Made by a program: the position numbers and the translations under genes. Of a DNA stretch of 64,000 nucleotides, positions 58,967 to 64,000 are shown piece by piece; positions within the stretch are counted from its first letter, which is position 1; each line of letters starts with the position of its first letter. The stretch comes from Promethearchaeota archaeon (lineage in GTDB: Archaea > Asgardarchaeota > Lokiarchaeia > Sigyniarchaeales > SOKP01), in contig JBHLNF010000008.1 in NCBI GenBank assembly GCA_048937405.1, positions 64,001 through 128,000 of the forward strand, read 5' to 3'. Below the pieces are notes generated by a model, which did not search any database, was not told the DNA's origin, and worked only from the letters and a program-made list of their open reading frames with translations.

Positions 58967-59806
58967 CTCTTTTAATTTTAGCAGTTTTTACAGCCATTTT
59001 ATTTTTCACTTTTGTTGTTTTTTTTGATTTTAAACTAGCTAATTTGTAATAAAAATAATTAGTTGAGATAGTTTATTCATAACTTTATTAAAAATTTCTG
59101 ATTAAGTTTATATTTAGACAGATTTATTTAAATTCAAGTTTATGAATAAATATTCAAAATACTCAACACGTTAATTTGAATCATTTTTTTAAACACAAAA
59201 TTGATAGCAGGTTTTATTAAGAAAATAATGTTTTTCTGTTAAATTATGATAAAAATATCCACTAATTTTATTATTTTTTAAAAATATATTTCTTATTTTC
59301 ATTTAATATTGTTTAACTATCAAGAATTAGCAAAAAATACAGTAGCTTTTTATTATGAAAAGATTTCAAATTTAATTATTCAAAACAGAGATATCAAATT
59401 TAATAATAATGAATATTTTAAAACTCATTTAGGATTTTCATTTATATTTTAATATCGAATGATTATTCAGAAAACTAAAATATAAAAACAAGTTGGATAA
59501 ATGTTGTAGATATTATAAATACGTTGAATTGCTCCGATGATGTCTATCCATATCCAGATGTAAAAAGTAAAAGAAAAAAGATTCAAAATGTAATCCATTT
59601 GACATATAGAGCTGTTGTTGTTTTAAAAAAAGAATTAATCAAACTTATTATGATTAATATTTCTTTTGAAAACGTTGATAGCTGAAATAGCGTTGAAGAA
59701 TTGAATGATAATGCCACAAATCCTTTAATTATTAAGAATTAAAGGTTTGGATTCTGAAATTTTTAACATATGATTTAAGAATAAAGATTACTAATAAACT
59801 AGGGAC

Positions 59807-60370
59807 TTAAAATGAACCGCAACCTTTACACTTTCCATCTAAATATGCTGCACAATCATAACATATATTCCCACATTTTTCTTCTTGACTTTCTTGGCTG
59901 AATAAATTAATTGGTAAAAACTTAGGATTGATGAGATCCGATACAAATATTATTGCAGAGTGAAGTATTCCTTTTTTATTCGTAGGGCCGCAATAATTGA
60001 TATATCGATGTAAAACATCTACATTTTGCCCGATTATTCCTAATATCAAATTATATTGACCCGTAACTTGTGCCAGAAGAAAAACTCTTGGACATTCTGA
60101 ATAAGCTTCAATTATATTTTGTACTTCCTCATAGTTTTTCATTTCAATCAAGATAAAAAGAGCTTTAAATTTTAGCTTGTTAATATTTAAGTTAGCTTGA
60201 ACTTTGAGTACTTCAGATTCTTCTAATTTAGAAATTCGTTTAGCAATACCGGTATGACTCATAGTTTCATTACCAAATTTATAAATGACTTTTTCTAAAG
60301 TTGTTAGGCTTTGACGACCTTCTTTAAACAATTCAGCTATAATTTGTCTATCAACATTATCTATTAGCAT
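59807..60370 (-). CDS. Lrp/AsnC-family regulator with a C-terminal Cys cluster
   Basis: HTH (DRQII...GRQSL...KRISKLE), VTGQYNL, tail CGNICYDCAAYLDGKCKGC. Confidence 0.88.
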   Translation of the reverse strand: MLIDNVDRQIIAELFKEGRQSLTTLEKVIYKFGNETMSHTGIAKRISKLEESEVLKVQANLNINKLKFKALFILIEMKNYEEVQNIIEAYSECPRVFLLAQVTGQYNLILGIIGQNVDVLHRYINYCGPTNKKGILHSAIIFVSDLINPKFLPINLFSQESQEEKCGNICYDCAAYLDGKCKGCGSF

Positions 60371-61246
60371 TTTTTCTAATTGATATTAATTTTTTTAATT
60401 ATAACGTTATTTCTAGTTTTTAAAATTTGTCGATTATAAAAATTCAGTTAACCTATATATCTAATAAAAAATTTTACATATTCCACTTTTATATTAACAT
60501 ATCCATCGCTTCTTAAACTTTCTTGAAATAACTCTGCAATATATTGTTTGTATTGATTACTATTAATGATTAATAATAATTTTCATAACTTCATCTAAAA
60601 ATTTTGTATTCCATTGTCAATTTCTATTTTCACACAAAATTTCAGCTTTCAATTTGAAATCTTTTATGGATTTTTGTTGTAGAATGAAACTGGAAAGTAA
60701 TAAACTGTTTAAACCTTCCTGAATCCTTATAAGGAATCAATTTCTATTTATATAATCATTTCTAATAATATAATTATGCCTTTAGATCAAATTGATAAAC
60801 AGATTCTAAAATTGTTATTTGAAAATGGTCGAGAAAGCCTAAGCTCTTTGAGTATAAACGTTTTAAAATCAAACAAAGAATCAATGAGTCATGCAGGTAT
60901 TGCAAAACGAATTTCAAAATTGGAAGATGAACTTATACTTAAGATACAAGGTAATATTGGAATTAATAATTTAAACTATTTTGCTGCATTTATCTTGATT
61001 GAAATGAAAAATTATGAGGAACTACAAAATATAATTGAAGCATATTCAGAATGTCCAAGAGTTTTTCTGCTGGCTCAAGTTACGGGTCAATATAATTTGA
61101 TATTTGGAATTATCGGGCAAGATATGGATATTTTGCATCGATATATCAATTATTGCGGCCCTACGAATAAAAAAGGAATACTTCACTCTGCAATAATATT
61201 TGTATCGGATCTCATCAATCCTAAGTTTTTACCAATTAATTTATTC
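59900..61246. repeat. Perfect 111-bp inverted repeat (59900-60010 and 61136-61246) inside the two Lrp genes
   Basis: Direct comparison: catcgatatatc...aatttattc is identical to the reverse complement of the other copy; flanks stay highly similar over roughly 300 bp in total. Confidence 0.9.
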
Positions 61247-61339
61247 GGCCAAGAAAGTCAGGAAGAAAAATGTGGGAATATATGTTGTGATTGTGCAGCA
61301 TTTATCGATGGAAAGTGTAGAGGATGTGGTAACTTTTAA
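60776..61339 (+). CDS. Lrp/AsnC-family regulator with a C-terminal Cys cluster (paralogue of 59807..60370)
   Basis: Same length and architecture; tail CGNICCDCAAFIDGKCRGC. Confidence 0.88.
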   Translation: MPLDQIDKQILKLLFENGRESLSSLSINVLKSNKESMSHAGIAKRISKLEDELILKIQGNIGINNLNYFAAFILIEMKNYEELQNIIEAYSECPRVFLLAQVTGQYNLIFGIIGQDMDILHRYINYCGPTNKKGILHSAIIFVSDLINPKFLPINLFGQESQEEKCGNICCDCAAFIDGKCRGCGNF

Positions 61340-61663
61340 GGTCAAAACTATATATTAGTTAATATAACATCAACTAACTATATTTGGGTATTTCTTTCTT
61401 TAACCTCAATATAAGAATAAGAGTTAGGATTTTTGTATGTGAGTTCATACTCTTTAGGACAAATTTAATAATAATAAAATTGTGAAATCTTTGTTTCACA
61501 TTTAAACTTTATTTACTAGATTGTTATAATTTGAAACAAGACCTATTTCTGAAGTTTAAATTATCCAGTTTAAGTAATGCTTATAAGTAAGCTATTTTTT
61601 TTAAGTTTAAACTAATTTATTTAAAAAAAATAAATACCTTTAAATTTAAAAGTGATTTAGAAC

Positions 61664-62335
61664 ATGAACAAGAAAATTTTACGATTGTTCATTATATTCT
61701 TCTTTGTTTTTGCAACTATAGGAACTGTTAGTGCTTGGCCTGGTTATATGTCAGAATGGGAAGAAACTGATCATGGATCTTGTCATGCGGGAACCTATAC
61801 TGAGTCTACAGGTACACTATCTGCAACAATTACTCCTGTAAATACCACAACTGTTACACTCGATCCTGGAACTACCTTTAATGTTACCCTTGATATTACA
61901 GGATTTACTGCGGCAGCAAATATGAGCGTTTTAGTTGGTATATCCGCTAGAATTAGTGATAATCACGATTTCTTTTTTGGTGTTCATAATGATAGTGGAG
62001 AGCTTGGAGCAACTGCCTTTGCGGTTGAATTAGACGCCTCTGGAAATGCTGATAACACAGTAACTATTATTGCATTCGCTCCCACTACTGGTGGTTCTCA
62101 TACATTAACAATTGTAGCTGTTGAAGGAGGAGAATCATACGCTACATCTCATGAATTTAATTACATTAAAACTGAAATAACAGTTACAGTTAAATCTACG
62201 GGTGGAGGGAGTATTCCAGGATATAGTATATTCTTCATTAGTTCTATTGGAGTTATGACTACTATTCCTATAGTGTTAATTACCCTTCGTAAAAGAAAAA
62301 ATCATAAGGAGTTGAATTCAATTGAAGAAGAATAA
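61664..62335 (+). CDS. Secreted beta-rich protein with an HxxCH motif and an IPGY-TM-basic sorting tail
   Basis: Signal peptide ending VSA, DHGSCHAG, tail GGGSIPGY-TM-RKRK. Confidence 0.75.
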   Translation: MNKKILRLFIIFFFVFATIGTVSAWPGYMSEWEETDHGSCHAGTYTESTGTLSATITPVNTTTVTLDPGTTFNVTLDITGFTAAANMSVLVGISARISDNHDFFFGVHNDSGELGATAFAVELDASGNADNTVTIIAFAPTTGGSHTLTIVAVEGGESYATSHEFNYIKTEITVTVKSTGGGSIPGYSIFFISSIGVMTTIPIVLITLRKRKNHKELNSIEEE

Positions 62336-62996
62336 AATGATTGTGTTAGCTGTAATTACTACCATGATATTTGGTGTTGTAGGTTATGTAGTTGCTCATC
62401 CCTCAGAAATTGTAGATTATACGGGAGCAGATCATGTTTCAACTGGATGTCATGGTACAAATGGTGTTGCTTCTAGCGGAACTCTTCAAGTATCAACCTC
62501 AACTTCTGGTAAGTTGATTACCCTTACTGTTACAATACAAGGATTTACAGATGCACTTCCGACTAGTAATAATAGATCTGGGACATTTTCTATTGGAATT
62601 CCTTATAATCTTGGAGATAATAGGGAATTTGGGCTAGGTATGACGCAAAATACTGTTAATGGCGAGGCTAATTATTGGGGAATCGGTATATGGGACGTTG
62701 AATTAGATTCAAATGGAAATACAGTTAATCCCTTGAGATTTAGAGTGCTAGCTCCTGAAACTGATGGAACATATGATTTAATTGTTGCTGTTATAAATGG
62801 AGTAAATTCAGAGGGAGATTACGAAAGTATTATTTATATGCACAAAATAATATCTGTTGCAGTAACAGGTGGAAGCATAACAATAGCTTCTCTAACTATG
62901 ATCTTTCCTCTAAATAATATATTTCTTTATGCAACTTTTGGATTATTTAGTACTGGGATGATAATTTTCGTGTTTAAGCGTAGAAAAATTAGATAA
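62322..62996 (+). CDS. Secreted membrane-anchored paralogue with an HxxxxCH motif
   Basis: Signal peptide ending VVA, DHVSTGCHG; shared GTL, GFT, DNxxF, VELDxxGN and APxT blocks; C-terminal TM then KRRK. Confidence 0.75.
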   Translation: MKKNKMIVLAVITTMIFGVVGYVVAHPSEIVDYTGADHVSTGCHGTNGVASSGTLQVSTSTSGKLITLTVTIQGFTDALPTSNNRSGTFSIGIPYNLGDNREFGLGMTQNTVNGEANYWGIGIWDVELDSNGNTVNPLRFRVLAPETDGTYDLIVAVINGVNSEGDYESIIYMHKIISVAVTGGSITIASLTMIFPLNNIFLYATFGLFSTGMIIFVFKRRKIR

Positions 62997-63075
62997 AATT
63001 AATTAAGTCCAACTATAACAATCAATTTTTTTTTTATAAACCTTAAAATTTTAAATGAAAAAACAAATTTTTTAA

Positions 63076-63882
63076 ATGTCTGTTAAAAAATTGCAGGAAC
63101 GATCTAATTCGAATTTAAAGAGCATAATGATACGAAATAAAAAAGATCAATTGGATCTATTGAAAATCGTTAAAGATCATTTATTATTAACAATTTCACT
63201 TATGATATTAATTATTAATTTATTATTAATTTTAATTTTAACATCAAATAATCTAATTATTTGGAGTTCACCTAATCGAATTGTCTATATTATTTTTTTT
63301 TACCATGTATCCGGAGCATGGCTTTCATATTTCTCCTTTGGAATTAGTTTGATTTTTCATATTCTATTCATAAAGTCTCGTAAAAATATTTGGTTTTACT
63401 TTGGTAAAAATAGCATACTAGTTGGAGTATTTTTTTCTGGATTTACTCTTATAACAGGTTCGCTCTGGTTCAATGCTACATCGGGAGATTATAATAATAT
63501 TTTTTGGGTATGGGGTGATGCTCGACAGACTACAACATTAATATTATTCCTTTCCTATTTATCTTATTTGGTATTTGCTAAAATGATTGAAGATAGGGAA
63601 AAAAAGGCTAAATTAACAGCACTATTAGGTATTGTGCTATTTCCAACAGTTCCATTAAGTTACATTTCAACAATAGTTTTTACAAGTTTACATCCTTTAA
63701 TTAACCCAACTCCTGGTGAACCTGGAAATATTTACTGGGATCCTCTGAAATTATTTATGTTATTTTTCAATTTAATTGCAATGACCATATTATTTGTGTA
63801 TATTATAAAAGAACTAACTTATTTAGATAAAAAAAAAGAGGAATTGGATAAAATTAGACAAATTCGTTTATTGAGGGATTAA
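63076..63882 (+). CDS. ccmC: Cytochrome c biogenesis heme-handling protein CcmC
   Basis: Six TM segments, FYHVSGAW, Trp-rich loop TGSLW...WVWGDARQTT, SLHP. Confidence 0.85.
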   Translation: MSVKKLQERSNSNLKSIMIRNKKDQLDLLKIVKDHLLLTISLMILIINLLLILILTSNNLIIWSSPNRIVYIIFFYHVSGAWLSYFSFGISLIFHILFIKSRKNIWFYFGKNSILVGVFFSGFTLITGSLWFNATSGDYNNIFWVWGDARQTTTLILFLSYLSYLVFAKMIEDREKKAKLTALLGIVLFPTVPLSYISTIVFTSLHPLINPTPGEPGNIYWDPLKLFMLFFNLIAMTILFVYIIKELTYLDKKKEELDKIRQIRLLRD

Positions 63883-63888
63883 TTAAAG

Positions 63889-64000
63889 ATGTCAATAGAG
63901 TATCTGGACCAAGATTTACTAACAATAATTATAAGTTATTTGTTATTCTGGGCTATTTTAATCATCCTAATTTTATATCCAAAACTAAAGTTAAAAAAAG
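63889..64000 (+). CDS. Possible CcmD-like small membrane protein (partial)
   Basis: MSIEYLDQDLLTIIISYLLFWAILIILILYPKLKLKK...: single TM with a Y-x3-W pattern, 6 bp after ccmC. Confidence 0.55.
   Translation, partial: MSIEYLDQDLLTIIISYLLFWAILIILILYPKLKLKK

Noticed and set aside
60455-60586. Frameshifted flavodoxin-like remnant between the Lrp genes
   Set aside because: Only about 40 residues of weak resemblance in AT-rich DNA; cannot be supported without a search.

Overview
Very AT-rich archaeal chromosomal DNA whose gene content points to Asgard archaea, most likely Lokiarchaeia (inferred from multiple small GTPases, roadblock/longin/V4R domains, an archaeosortase with IPGY-type sorting tails and a eukaryote-like SECIS). 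I found no rRNA, tRNA, CRISPR array or intact mobile element. Highlights: (1) Six small GTPases; four carry an N-terminal longin-like domain resembling folliculin/SMCR8, and three of those keep the D-x-x-x-R-G arginine-finger loop. Three GTPases are Rag-like with a C-terminal roadblock domain. Together with a stand-alone roadblock protein, a soluble longin protein and a single-pass receptor-like longin protein, this looks like a prokaryotic parts list for Rag/Ragulator/FLCN signalling, with the GAP domain fused to the GTPase. (2) A vhuG-vhuA-vhuU-hdrC-hdrB operon hides a selenoprotein gene (vhuU) missing from the ORF track, and its SECIS core uses the gene's own UGA stop. (3) Two divergent Cys-tailed Lrp/AsnC genes share a perfect 111-bp inverted repeat. 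(4) Two membrane-anchored surface proteins with single-Cys H-x(2-4)-C-H motifs lie directly upstream of ccmC and a ccmD-like gene. (5) A class III ribonucleotide reductase paralogue has lost its catalytic motifs. All family calls come from motif recognition by eye, not database searches.
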